Both the position numbers and the translations under genes were made by a program. The notes beneath the pieces are model-generated. The model did no database searches and was not told the origin of the DNA. It saw only the letters and a program-made list of their open reading frames with translations. From Methanomicrobia archaeon (GTDB lineage: Archaea > Halobacteriota > Bog-38 > Methanoflorentales > Methanoflorentaceae), in NCBI GenBank assembly GCA_015661395.1, contig JACWML010000007.1, forward strand, positions 29,194 to 93,193: 64,000 bases of DNA, given 5' to 3'. Below are positions 45,626-56,325 of the stretch, in pieces. The first letter of the stretch is position 1; each line of letters opens with the position of its first letter.

Positions 45626-47983
45626 CTAGTGGTAATATGCGACAGCGCCTCCGTCGTCAAAAACACGATTACGGCCGTCCGCGATACCGGCCAAACTCGA
45701 ATGGTTTATCTGCGTGCCGCTGAGGAGTGATTGTGCGTTTACCTGCTGCGCGCTCGTCCCGGTGAGCAAATTGAAAGTCCCCAGATAGACGTACCCCGCG
45801 TGTGGCGTGTGCGGCGCGTAACTGGGGATGCTTTCGAGCCAATGATTCCAAGACTCAAGACTGGTCAAGAGGAGGCCGCGATACGCGTCAGCATACACGG
45901 GCCGCGCGGCTGGGTTTACCGCATAAAGCCACTGAGCCCCGGCCACTTCTCTCGCGTTGAAACGGGGAGCATCGATGGCATCATTTAAGAAAAATGAGGT
46001 CGGATCCTGCCGCGTGACCTCATAGACGAATCCAGTGCCAAACAGCAACATTATGACAAAGAGCACTGCGACCAGCTTGTAAGCGAGGCTCGCGCCTGTC
46101 CTTTCACGCGGTCTCGCGCGCAGGCGCCCAGGAACCCACCCGATCAGCAGCGCTCCGGTGACGCAAAAGGGGGCCAGCAGGAGCGTTGAGATCTGATAGA
46201 GCCTCGTCGTATTGACGGTGAGGGCCAAAGCCGGAATGGCAGCGGCTGTCATCAATATGACAAAGCTCGCGAGCGCGAGCGCGGTAAACTCCTGATCAAA
46301 CGTGAAACGACAACGGCGGAGCGCAAGCGCAGCGAGGCCCAAAATGATGAAGATGAGGCCGAGTAAGTAGAGGAGCTCTGCCGCCTCGTGGAGAGGCGAG
46401 AGCGTCCCGAGCTGGAGCAATTCGCTAACCGAAATCCCGTAATAGCGCGCCAGCGCGAGTGACGCGGAGAGAAAGGCGACCGGCGCCCCGAACAGCAACG
46501 TCGGCACCTTCTGCTGGGCTCGTTTGGCGAGCGCGTAGACGATCACAAGGGCGCAGGCGTACGCCGCAGCGCCGATCCCGAAAGCGAGGGGGACGTTAAG
46601 AGGCGAGAGAACCGTGCGGCCAATCTGGGCAAATGTAGGAGCGATCTCATCGCTCAGCGCCGCGGACCCGAGAGTCGCGTACCAGGCGGCCAGGAAGGCG
46701 GCGAACAATAAGATGAAGGGCAGCGTCAGCATCCGTTTCGGGCGAGAGGAGGGCTTTGCTGACGGCCCAGAAGAGGCAGCCCTATGCAGGCGACGCATGG
46801 CGGGGTTGTCGACGAGGAAGAGCACGAGCCACGCGACGACAAGATACGTGAGGAAGATGAGCGCGAGTGCGTAGTGCGACACAACAACAGATGCGGCAAA
46901 TATGGCATAGAGCGCATAGAGCGGCGCTTTCCCGGCCTCGGAGTCAATGCGTTTGTCGACCAGCAAGATTAAGAGCAGGACCAGAAACAGCTCGGCGATT
47001 TCCTGTCGCGCGAGTGACGGCATTTCGGTGAAGAACGTGAACAAAAAGGTGACAAACAAGGAGGCCAAGAGGGCAATTCTGTCGCTCGTCTGTTGTTTGA
47101 ACACGACGAACAGGCCGACTGGAACGAGGGCGAACAAGAGCGGATAAATCGTCTTGAAGATCCACACTACACTCACGCCTGACACGATTGAGATAAGTGG
47201 AGCGAGCAGCGTAACGCTCAGCACAGCATTGGTTGCGCCAAGTGCGTGCACATTCCACTGCGCGTTGGTAAGGACAGCGTTCGCGGTATAGAGCTCCTTT
47301 TGGATGTCCCACCCCCAGACGTAAGGCGAGATCAGCGATGCGTGATAAAGGAGAGCGACCGCGATGACGAACACCGCGAGCGGATAGAGCTCCTTTGGAA
47401 CGGATGCAGACGTGCTGATCCAAAGCGCCGTGATCGCGATTATGATGATGAGCGCGAGCAGGAGCAGGTTGCTGCCGTACGCATTCATTGCGTACGTTGC
47501 AAATATGCTCACAAAGGGGAGCACACACAGCGCTAACACCGGCGGCGTTAGCACGTGACGTCGATCGATGGCACCGCCCTCAGTTGGACCCTGGTCGCGC
47601 CAATAACTCAGTACCGCCAGGAATGTGATGATCACGCCTTCTGTCATCACAACCGGGAGAAGCGCGAGCGGCCGTTCGAACCCGAAAAGCGGGTACAGCG
47701 TTGTCATGAGAAGTCCTGTACCCATGACGGTCGCGAGGCTCAGGCCAACCGCGAACAGCGGCGTGCGCACGCCGCCGAGCTGGTGCAAACGGAGGGCCCG
47801 AAGGATGAGCATACCGGGAACGAACAAAAGGTACACAGAGGCAAAGAGGCCGCGCAAAAGCGGTATCTGCACCCCTGCCACGTCGAGTCCGACGAGGGCC
47901 CAAACAAGAAACTGCAGGGTGAGGACTGTTATAAGCGTCCTTTTTCGCGGCCAATCGTTCATCACGAGAGGATTAAGAACCAC
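45626..47983 (-). CDS. Large polytopic membrane protein with C-terminal soluble domain, paralog 1 (DUF2206-like, GT-C-like architecture)
   Basis: At least 15 hydrophobic segments by eye, then a ~140-aa C-terminal non-membrane domain ending ...GYVYLGTFN...FDDGGAVAYYH. Collinear with the proteins at 51779-54082 and 56326-58551. Start placed at the GTG at 47983 by alignment with the paralog N-termini (VLNPLVMNDW vs KVENPLEANDW). The ORF-track N-terminal extension is really the tail of a GT4 pseudogene read in another frame. Confidence 0.8.
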   Translation of the reverse strand: MVLNPLVMNDWPRKRTLITVLTLQFLVWALVGLDVAGVQIPLLRGLFASVYLLFVPGMLILRALRLHQLGGVRTPLFAVGLSLATVMGTGLLMTTLYPLFGFERPLALLPVVMTEGVIITFLAVLSYWRDQGPTEGGAIDRRHVLTPPVLALCVLPFVSIFATYAMNAYGSNLLLLALIIIIAITALWISTSASVPKELYPLAVFVIAVALLYHASLISPYVWGWDIQKELYTANAVLTNAQWNVHALGATNAVLSVTLLAPLISIVSGVSVVWIFKTIYPLLFALVPVGLFVVFKQQTSDRIALLASLFVTFLFTFFTEMPSLARQEIAELFLVLLLILLVDKRIDSEAGKAPLYALYAIFAASVVVSHYALALIFLTYLVVAWLVLFLVDNPAMRRLHRAASSGPSAKPSSRPKRMLTLPFILLFAAFLAAWYATLGSAALSDEIAPTFAQIGRTVLSPLNVPLAFGIGAAAYACALVIVYALAKRAQQKVPTLLFGAPVAFLSASLALARYYGISVSELLQLGTLSPLHEAAELLYLLGLIFIILGLAALALRRCRFTFDQEFTALALASFVILMTAAAIPALALTVNTTRLYQISTLLLAPFCVTGALLIGWVPGRLRARPRERTGASLAYKLVAVLFVIMLLFGTGFVYEVTRQDPTSFFLNDAIDAPRFNAREVAGAQWLYAVNPAARPVYADAYRGLLLTSLESWNHWLESIPSYAPHTPHAGYVYLGTFNLLTGTSAQQVNAQSLLSGTQINHSSLAGIADGRNRVFDDGGAVAYYH

Positions 47984-48650
47984 AGCGGCCCCCCAGTACA
48001 CGCTTGTGTACGACGAACAATTGCGCGCCGATGGCATCCAACTTGTGCTTCGCTTCAAGCAGCTTTCGTGCGTTGGCACCAAACCGTGCTCGTTCGCTTT
48101 CATTTTCAAGAAGGTATGCCACTTTATCAACGAATCGTTCGTCGAGCCGCGGGACGATGAGGGCGTATTCCCGGTTGTGTGCTGATATGCCCTCAATACC
48201 TTTTTCAGTGGTTACGATGGGAACCCCCTATTCCTGCATTGAAAGATCTTTAGCCGCGTTCCGCTTCCGGCGCCTGTAGGCACAGTTGCGATATCCCCTG
48301 CCGCGAAAAAGCGCGGCAAGTCCTCCGTGAAGCCGACCGAGCGCACATTCTCTCGCTCAAATGTCGGCGCGCCAGTGCCGCCGCCAAAAACAAGACGTCT
48401 GAGTTGATCATGCGTGGTCGAGGTGCGAGGTCGCGAAAAACGCTCAGTCCGACGAGCGAACTTGAGATCGCTGTACGAATAAATCGTAGCGGGCGACGCG
48501 TCGTGAGGATCGACGAACTCCACGGCTTCGAGCACGATGATGGTGTTGACTCTGACGATGAGCTGTCTCGCCGGATTGGCGTACCTCTCCTGTGCCCCAT
48601 TCTTCGGCTGCGAGAGGCCGACGTGAATAGTCTGTCTACGACATTCACGA
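47973..48650 (-). pseudogene. GT4 glycosyltransferase remnant: C-terminal Rossmann domain only, with a frameshift
   Basis: One frame reads ...RLVFGGGTGAP...NVRSVGFTEDLPRFFAAGDIATVPTGAGSGTRLKIFQCRN. After a 1-nt shift near 48228 it continues as GVPIVTTEKGIEGISAHNREYALIVPRLDERFVDKVAYLLENESERARFGANARKLLEAKHKLDAIGAQL...* (stop 47973-47975). There is no room for a GT-B N-terminal domain after the upstream gene ends at 48657. Confidence 0.7.
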
Positions 48651-48656
48651 GAATCC

Positions 48657-49811
48657 TCAAACTGCGCGCGCGAGCTGGCCAAGAGAGCGGTAACCGCTAA
48701 GCACGCGTTCTTCCATAATCGCCCAGCTGTAACGTTCTTCATACGCCTTACGCCCGTTGTTGCCTAGCTCGGCGCGGAGCTGCGGGTCCTCCCTGCACGT
48801 TTTCAGCGCGTCAATGAGCGCGGGCACGTCGCCGTACGGCACCACCGCCCCGCACCGCTCCTTTCGAACGATGTTCGCCATTGCACTCGCGTCGCTCACG
48901 ATGATTGGCTTTCCGCACATCATCGCTTCAAACAGTTTAACCGGGCTCGCATACTTCGTCTTGGGAAACCTAGGATCTTCAAACCGGAACAAGAGATCTG
49001 CCTTCAGCGTCTCCCTAATGACGTCGTCGTACGCGGGCAAGAACCCGAGATACTGCGCCTTGTTCCCGATGCGGTTCAACTCGTCGAGAACCCGATCATT
49101 GTCGGTGATCGGCCCGGCCACTTTGAGTCGCACGCCTTCGACACCGCTCACCGCGTCGAACATGTAGTTGAGCCCGCGGGAGCCGTGCATCGCCCCCGCG
49201 TAGAATACGACCATCTCGTCGGCCGACATCCTCGGCGAGGTTCCTGCCGCCCTCGCGTGGAGCTTCGCTACGTAGTCAATCGGGGAGTTGTACACGTAAT
49301 AGAGCTTGTTAATATGTGCACCGTCGACCTCTTCAAAGCGCGACTCATCCACCAAAAACAGCACGTCAGCGAAGCCGATTCCCGTGCGTTCAACGTGCGC
49401 GACAAACCGCCTAATGCGCTGTCTCAGTCCCTGAAATCTCCCGTCTGGCAGATTATCTGCAATGAAGTCATAGATGAAATAGCAGAGTTTTCGCTTCCGG
49501 ATGAGTTTGGCGATTATGGCTGGGGGCAGCGTGTCTAAGTCGCTCGCATGTATGACATCGCTGTCGTCTCGCAGAAGGAACACGAGCTCATATGCCCACC
49601 AGAGCGGCAGATACAGCAGCGCCGCCGGTCGATCGTATGGGGCCCTGATCCTACACTTGTACGTGCGATACAGCGCCGCATTGTACGACTGGGCAACGCC
49701 ATCGCGATCCCAAATCAGCAGCTTGACCGAATAGCCGTGCGTTGCGAGCGCTCTCGCTATTTTGTTGATGCCCGGCTCTATCCCCCGCCCTCTAATCAGC
49801 GTCACCTTCAT
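48657..49811 (-). CDS. Family-4 (GT-B) glycosyltransferase
   Basis: MKVTLIRGRGIEPGINKIARALATHGYSV...; C-terminal ...FLPAYDDV....ADLLFRFEDP..PKTKYASPVKLFEAMMCGKPIIVSD. Start at the ATG at 49811. Confidence 0.85.
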   Translation of the reverse strand: MKVTLIRGRGIEPGINKIARALATHGYSVKLLIWDRDGVAQSYNAALYRTYKCRIRAPYDRPAALLYLPLWWAYELVFLLRDDSDVIHASDLDTLPPAIIAKLIRKRKLCYFIYDFIADNLPDGRFQGLRQRIRRFVAHVERTGIGFADVLFLVDESRFEEVDGAHINKLYYVYNSPIDYVAKLHARAAGTSPRMSADEMVVFYAGAMHGSRGLNYMFDAVSGVEGVRLKVAGPITDNDRVLDELNRIGNKAQYLGFLPAYDDVIRETLKADLLFRFEDPRFPKTKYASPVKLFEAMMCGKPIIVSDASAMANIVRKERCGAVVPYGDVPALIDALKTCREDPQLRAELGNNGRKAYEERYSWAIMEERVLSGYRSLGQLARAV

Positions 49812-49904
49812 TTTGGATGCTCGGCCATCGGTGAGCCGCGTTGGGCTTCGATGCATTCAACGGACACCGCGTGTGCCCTAAAGAGAAGAGTCAGCGCTAA
49901 ACCC

Positions 49905-50891
<987 letters not shown>

Positions 50892-51108
50892 TCATCATCA
50901 ATGATCGCAGTGCACCTATATGAATTTGCTGCAGCGTTTGTGGCTCGTACCGCTGTGTGGGCGCGCTGCACTCGCGCTGGTCAGACCAACAACTCTACCA
51001 CGTGTCGCTCGCACGCTTGTTGAGAGCAGAATCACAGCTGCTGGGAACGGATCAGCAATCGAAGCCTGCCTACGCCAGCGCACGAAAAAAAAAGCGAGCT
51101 TCTCGCAC

Positions 51109-51531
51109 TCACGTCACAGTGAGGTAGAGATACACCGAGCGGTACACGCTCGGGTCGCTGCCCTTGTATAAGTCGAACTCCAGCTTTTGCCCCATGCCGC
51201 TGTGCGTCGGCGCAAACGACACGGAGTGTTCCCACTGCTCATTGTTCGCCAGGCTAAATGCCTGCGTGGTGACGGTCGCGTTATCGAGTCTGACCACCAG
51301 TGTGTAGTTGGCGTTCGCGTTCTCGTGATTGACGACGCCAACGGTCACGTTGCCCGTCTGGCCGACGGTCAGATTGGTCGGGTAGTTGCTCGCCGTCCCA
51401 CTAGGGCCCAGAAGGAACAGCTCGGTGAACGGCTCGCCTGGCTGGGGGAGCACCACGATTAGTATCGTTCCACAAATCGCGAGAACCAAAACGATGGCAA
51501 GAACCACGGTGAGGGTGGTGTTACGATTCAC
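51109..51531 (-). CDS. DUF1616-like protein, short form (one N-terminal TM plus extracellular beta-rich domain)
   Basis: TM LTVVLAIVLVLAICGTILIVVL, then FTELFLLGPSGTASNYPTNLTVGQTGNVTVGVVNHENANANYTLVVRLDN...QKLEFDLYK...YRSVYLYLTV. This matches my recollection of the C-terminal half of archaeal DUF1616 proteins (FTEFYILG..G.A..YP...VNHE...Y.L). Confidence 0.6.
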   Translation of the reverse strand: MNRNTTLTVVLAIVLVLAICGTILIVVLPQPGEPFTELFLLGPSGTASNYPTNLTVGQTGNVTVGVVNHENANANYTLVVRLDNATVTTQAFSLANNEQWEHSVSFAPTHSGMGQKLEFDLYKGSDPSVYRSVYLYLTVT

Positions 51532-51778
51532 GCGGCTCTGATTCGTCGCCCCTGCTCATAAATGTTTGCTTGCGCCCCAAATGCGATCAAACGCGGCTTG
51601 AAAAGGCTCACTAGTTTCGGGGGGCGGCTGAGCTATGCGACTTTGTAACCCCACCATATCGACGTTGCTTGAGAAGGAATCAACCTGTGAAGCTCACCCA
51701 AACCGATGACGCCCTCGTCAAAGAAAATCTGCTGTTCATAGGGACTCGCTGCAGCCGGAAAACGGCGTGTGAGACCAA

Positions 51779-54082
51779 TTACCCATTCACGCGATAGACT
51801 TGAGCATAACCGTTAGAATAGATGTTGCTGCTGCCTCCCACGTAGTACCGCGCGTCCAGTTCCGTAGGCAGATTGGTTAGGGTATTCAAGCCGACGACGA
51901 GTTTCCCCGTTTGCACGTTGGGGGTGCCAAGATAGATGTACGATCCAGGTGCGAGATTCGACCAAGAGCCGCCGCTGGGAAGCATGGTCGCCTGACCGGG
52001 ATCAAACGTGTAGACAGCATAGTATCGGAAGTCATCGGCGGCGATGATGCCACCAGAGGCGTTTCCGCCTATCCACTTCGCGGCGATCATTTCTTGAGCA
52101 TTGAACTTTCCAAAGTCGACGCTCGTGTCTAACGCCATGACCGTGGGGCTATCATTGAGTTCTCCAGCTGCCTTATACACGAGCCCCACGTTAAACAGAA
52201 ACAATACGACCATAAAACACGCCAAGGCCTTAAAGGGAGGGGATATCGTTCCTCGTGAGGCAACCTTGGCGCCTCGCCGCTTAACAACGCTGAAAACCCC
52301 GGCAAGGCCGACGACGAGAAACACGCTCAGCACTATCTGCGATATCTGCACGAACCGCGAGAGGTTTAGACTCGCCGCAAAAAGGGGCTGTGCGATACAG
52401 AGGCAGAGAACGACCAACATAGCGACAGAAAACGCCAGGTACTCATTCGAGAATTTAAGCCTTGATCGCTCTTTCAAGGCGAAAAGAAGCCCCAAGAAAG
52501 CCGTTATGAGTGCGAGGAGGACGAGATATTCAGTGACCTGGTGCAACGGAAGCTGATACGTGATGATTGATTGAAGTCCTGTAGTATCGAGCCCCCCGTT
52601 CGCGCGTGAAACAGTGGTGGGGAATGGCACATCGGAGGCGTAGAATGCCCCGCTAAGTTGCGCGTACGGTCCCCGTATTCCGATGTACGCGAGGGTCGTG
52701 GCGAATATGCGCACAAAGCTGTCAAACGGTTGTGAGTTATTCGCAAAGCGGTACCAAAGGGCCGCGATGAGTGTGAAACCGACAACGAAAACCGCACTGA
52801 TTCCGTTGCTCAGTCGACGCGGCCGACGAAACGGCGGAACCGAGCGGTCAGCATCTCCTTTGCGGGCGAACCGCTGCATTAGCGCTCGCACGTCGAAGCT
52901 CCCCACCACCAAAAGCATGAGCCACGCGAGAATGAAACAGAAGAGAAAGACGTACGTCAATGCGTAGTGTGAGACGATCAACGAGAGTCCAAATACGCCG
53001 AAGAGAGAGAACCGCGGCATCCTGCGCATCTGTTTGTCTACGAGCAGCAGCAGCAGCGCAACGACAAAGAATTCCGCGATTTCCTGGCGTGCCATGGTAA
53101 GGAGCTCAGTATAAAACGAAAAAGTCACCATAAAAAAAAACACGCCGAACAGGGCAATGCGAGGGGATGTTTGTTTTTCGTACAGCCTATAGAGGCCGAG
53201 GGGCACCATAGCGAAAAGCAGTGGAAAAATGAGCTTCAAGACCCACGTCACACTGATGCCGGTCGCGACAGAGAGCAGCGGAGCGAGCATAGCAATGCTC
53301 AGCATTGCGTTGACGTTCAATGTGTTGTAATTGAGGTTCGGAGCGGAACCCCAGAAACCGTTGCTGACGACAGATTGTGCTACGAAGTGTTCGATTTGGA
53401 TATCGAATCCCCACAGGTAGTTCGTAATCAGCGCGTTATGGAGCAGCAGCGCCAAGGCGATCGCCCCGATCGCGAGAGAGTAGTAACGTTTCGGCACGTA
53501 ACTGGTAAAGCCACATACGAGAATCAGGGCGGCGACGGCGAGCAGCACGAGAACGGTTCCGACGCTCGTGCCACGTGCGTTGAAGAGGTACGCCCCAAAG
53601 ACGCTCAAGAAGGGCAGCAGCAACAAACCGAGTGTCACTGGGGAAAGGACTACGCGCGCGTCGATCGTCGTAGAACGAGAATAATCCCGGTCGCGACGAT
53701 AGCTTAACACGCAAAGCGTCAGGACAACCCCGCTCATCGTGGCAATGAACGGAACGAGCGTAAGTTGCGTGGACGCTATGCCATGAACATAGACAGCGTT
53801 CATAACGAGGCCCGTGAACATAATCGTCGCCATACTTAAGCCCACCGTGTAAAAAAACCCTTCAATGACGTTGAGCTCGTGCAACCTGAGAACTCGCAAG
53901 AGAATGATCCCGGGCACGAAGAGCAGATAAACGAGTAGCAGCACCTCCCGTAGAATCGGCACGTGCACCCCGACAGCGTCTAGAGCTAATACAATCCAGA
54001 CGGATATCTGAAGCGACGCGATGAGCTTGAAGAACGTGGCGATGTCCCAGTCGTTTGCTTCGAGTGGATTTTCGACTTTCAT
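51779..54082 (-). CDS. Large polytopic membrane protein with C-terminal soluble domain, paralog 2 (DUF2206-like, GT-C-like architecture)
   Basis: 767 aa. N-terminus MKVENPLEANDWDIATFFKLIASLQISVW... About 16-18 hydrophobic segments by eye. C-terminal domain ...GSYIYLGTPNVQTGKLVVG...IYSNGYAQVYRVNG. Confidence 0.85.
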   Translation of the reverse strand: MKVENPLEANDWDIATFFKLIASLQISVWIVLALDAVGVHVPILREVLLLVYLLFVPGIILLRVLRLHELNVIEGFFYTVGLSMATIMFTGLVMNAVYVHGIASTQLTLVPFIATMSGVVLTLCVLSYRRDRDYSRSTTIDARVVLSPVTLGLLLLPFLSVFGAYLFNARGTSVGTVLVLLAVAALILVCGFTSYVPKRYYSLAIGAIALALLLHNALITNYLWGFDIQIEHFVAQSVVSNGFWGSAPNLNYNTLNVNAMLSIAMLAPLLSVATGISVTWVLKLIFPLLFAMVPLGLYRLYEKQTSPRIALFGVFFFMVTFSFYTELLTMARQEIAEFFVVALLLLLVDKQMRRMPRFSLFGVFGLSLIVSHYALTYVFLFCFILAWLMLLVVGSFDVRALMQRFARKGDADRSVPPFRRPRRLSNGISAVFVVGFTLIAALWYRFANNSQPFDSFVRIFATTLAYIGIRGPYAQLSGAFYASDVPFPTTVSRANGGLDTTGLQSIITYQLPLHQVTEYLVLLALITAFLGLLFALKERSRLKFSNEYLAFSVAMLVVLCLCIAQPLFAASLNLSRFVQISQIVLSVFLVVGLAGVFSVVKRRGAKVASRGTISPPFKALACFMVVLFLFNVGLVYKAAGELNDSPTVMALDTSVDFGKFNAQEMIAAKWIGGNASGGIIAADDFRYYAVYTFDPGQATMLPSGGSWSNLAPGSYIYLGTPNVQTGKLVVGLNTLTNLPTELDARYYVGGSSNIYSNGYAQVYRVNG

Positions 54083-54705
54083 GGATATGATGTCGGTGGC
54101 CCTCTTCGTGGATATGCGTTCAGTGGGCGAGCGATTTCGTTACCCGCGAAAGAATATGGAGAGCCGTACGAGCGCGCTTCGTGATTCGGTTGTTTGTTCA
54201 TACTCTATATGTAGGTTCTTAATAAGTGCAGTGAGAAGTTCCACACGTGCATGCATTCACTTTTTCAACCCATGCACACCGTTCGAACGCGAGCATCAGT
54301 GAGACGGCTCACAGCGCGAATGGGGTTGCAGCGAACCCCTTTTGGGAGGTACTCCAAACCTTTGAAAGGCGGTGCAGCGTTAGAAGGAGGATTAAAGAGA
54401 GCGAAACTGAAACGAGGGCCGCGTGCTTGAAGTGACGCGATGCGAGGCAGTCCGTATCACTCGACGTGTCTCCTCTTCCTACCACCTTATACCCAGGATT
54501 CCCCTCAAGTCGTGTCGATGTAGTGCCCGGCCCTATCCGCTGGTCCGTAGTATCTGCTCTGGAGCCATAAAAGTGCTATTTTGCCACTTAAAGATCGCTT
54601 AGGTACCGCTTTTTGCCCTCTATGCCCGAGCTCCAGATTCGCGCCCTCTGGAGACTGGCCCTCGGCGTCGAAGATAGACACGGCCAACGTCCCGGACGCC
54701 CACTG

Positions 54706-55719
54706 CTAGTCGCGCCGTCCGCTGCGTCGCAAACGTCGTCGCAACACAATGGCGTAGGCGCCAAACACGGCGATGGCAACGGAGCCAACCAAAACAAAGG
54801 CCAGCAGGCGGTTCTGCTGGACCGGCGCCACGCTCAGCTCCTCCATCGAGGAAAGCGCCACCAAAACGTTATTCCCTTCCCATTGCGCGCGATTGAGGCG
54901 CGCGAACTGCACGTCTGGAAGGGTCTTGAGATAATCAATATAGTCCCTTAACAGCTCCATTTTCCGAGCGTCAAAAGTCCCGTTAGCCGAATTAAAGTCC
55001 CACACGTGATACGCCACGATGAACGTGTCGCCGCTCTGGGGGCCGTTAAGGAACCGCTCGGTCGCGTTTTTTGCAGCCTCGATGCTCGCACTGAACGCGG
55101 TGATGTTCGTAGCGCCGATCCAAATCGACGCCGGCTCGATCGTCACTCCGTCCCCATAGCTCTGGCGGAAGTCCCCAAAGCCAGTGCTGTAATACGTGAA
55201 TCCGAGGGCTGCGGCCGCTTTCAGAGTGTTGTTGTCGCTCGTGTCAAAGGGAGGGATAAACGTCGCGGGCGTCACCCCAAACGCCTCTTTCATGTCGTCC
55301 TGCCCATTTTGCATAAGTTCGAGCTGCTGGGCGTATGGTCTCCCAGCGAACTCGCTCGGCCTGCTCGATAAGCGATCGTTAACGTGAGTATAGCCGTGCT
55401 GCGCGAACTCGAACAACTGGTTTGTGGCAATCGACCGCATATAAACGAGGAACTGACTATCCTGAAGCAATTCGTTGCCCGTTACCGCAACGGAAGGGTG
55501 GGGGATGATCCCGAGCGTCACCGGGACGTTCTCGTCGATATGCACCTGATTGACGGCTGTCAGCGTGTCGATGGGCGTGAATGGCGCAACGTCGTCATCG
55601 CGAAAGGCGATGTACTTTCCTATTGGAGCTGGCTGGGCGCTGACGACGCCCGTAGAGCCCAGAATCACGGAAACGAGCAGAAATGCCAGAATCGCCTTAC
55701 GGTTCACATCGCTCCCCAT
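54706..55719 (-). CDS. Secreted/anchored polysaccharide deacetylase-like (NodB/DUF2334-type) protein
   Basis: Signal-like N-terminus (ILAFLLVSVILGSTGVVSA). IAFRDDDVAP, LGIIPHP, FAQHGYTH....SEFAG, FIPPFD. C-terminal TM anchor (LLAFVLVGSVAIAVFGAYAIVL) plus a basic tail. Confidence 0.7.
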   Translation of the reverse strand: MGSDVNRKAILAFLLVSVILGSTGVVSAQPAPIGKYIAFRDDDVAPFTPIDTLTAVNQVHIDENVPVTLGIIPHPSVAVTGNELLQDSQFLVYMRSIATNQLFEFAQHGYTHVNDRLSSRPSEFAGRPYAQQLELMQNGQDDMKEAFGVTPATFIPPFDTSDNNTLKAAAALGFTYYSTGFGDFRQSYGDGVTIEPASIWIGATNITAFSASIEAAKNATERFLNGPQSGDTFIVAYHVWDFNSANGTFDARKMELLRDYIDYLKTLPDVQFARLNRAQWEGNNVLVALSSMEELSVAPVQQNRLLAFVLVGSVAIAVFGAYAIVLRRRLRRSGRRD

Positions 55720-56325
55720 GCAGCCTGTTGGGGTTACTTCTATTCAGCTGCGTTGCTTCCATCGGAGCTCGCACCGGTCAGGCCGCGCCACCATCTATAC
55801 GTAGAGATGTGCCTATCTTTAACCATTTCGCCATGATTGCCCAGCATTTCGCCAAGCGGCCACCACAAATGAGTGCCGTCGATCGCAAGTGGGCATGCTG
55901 GCGCCTGCGTATAGGCAGCGGCCGCCGCCAGTCGTTTTGTCCTTGCAGACGTTACCTTTAACGGGCGAGCGAGGCTTCTCGCGGCTCAAAACCCGCACGC
56001 CGAAAGCAACGGGGGTCGTCGGCGAGCGTGTTCTATGAGCGAGATGATGCCCAAGAGAGCCCACAGGACCCCGTGAAGCAGCGAACGTCCAATTTTCCGC
56101 GCATCGTCGATCGCGCTTAGTGAGATTCAACGACCGCCAGGCAGAGAAAAACGACGATTGCTGTCGCGCGGGCCGCCCTTACCACCTCACAGAATTGACT
56201 TCAACCACATAACAGACAATGCAACTCATTTCCGCTTGCCTTCGTCCTCTCGAGCGTCGGAGCGAGCTGGTATTCGCCTCGGGTGTCGCTTGCTGGCGCG
56301 CACGCATCAGGCTAAGCCAGTTGCC

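Noticed and set aside
46944-48185. ORFs overlapping DUF2206-like paralog 1 on both strands (46944-47528 minus, 47555-48160 plus, 47625-48185 plus).
   Set aside because: They are alternative-frame or antisense shadows of a strongly hydrophobic membrane-protein gene. They are Arg/His-rich and not protein-like.
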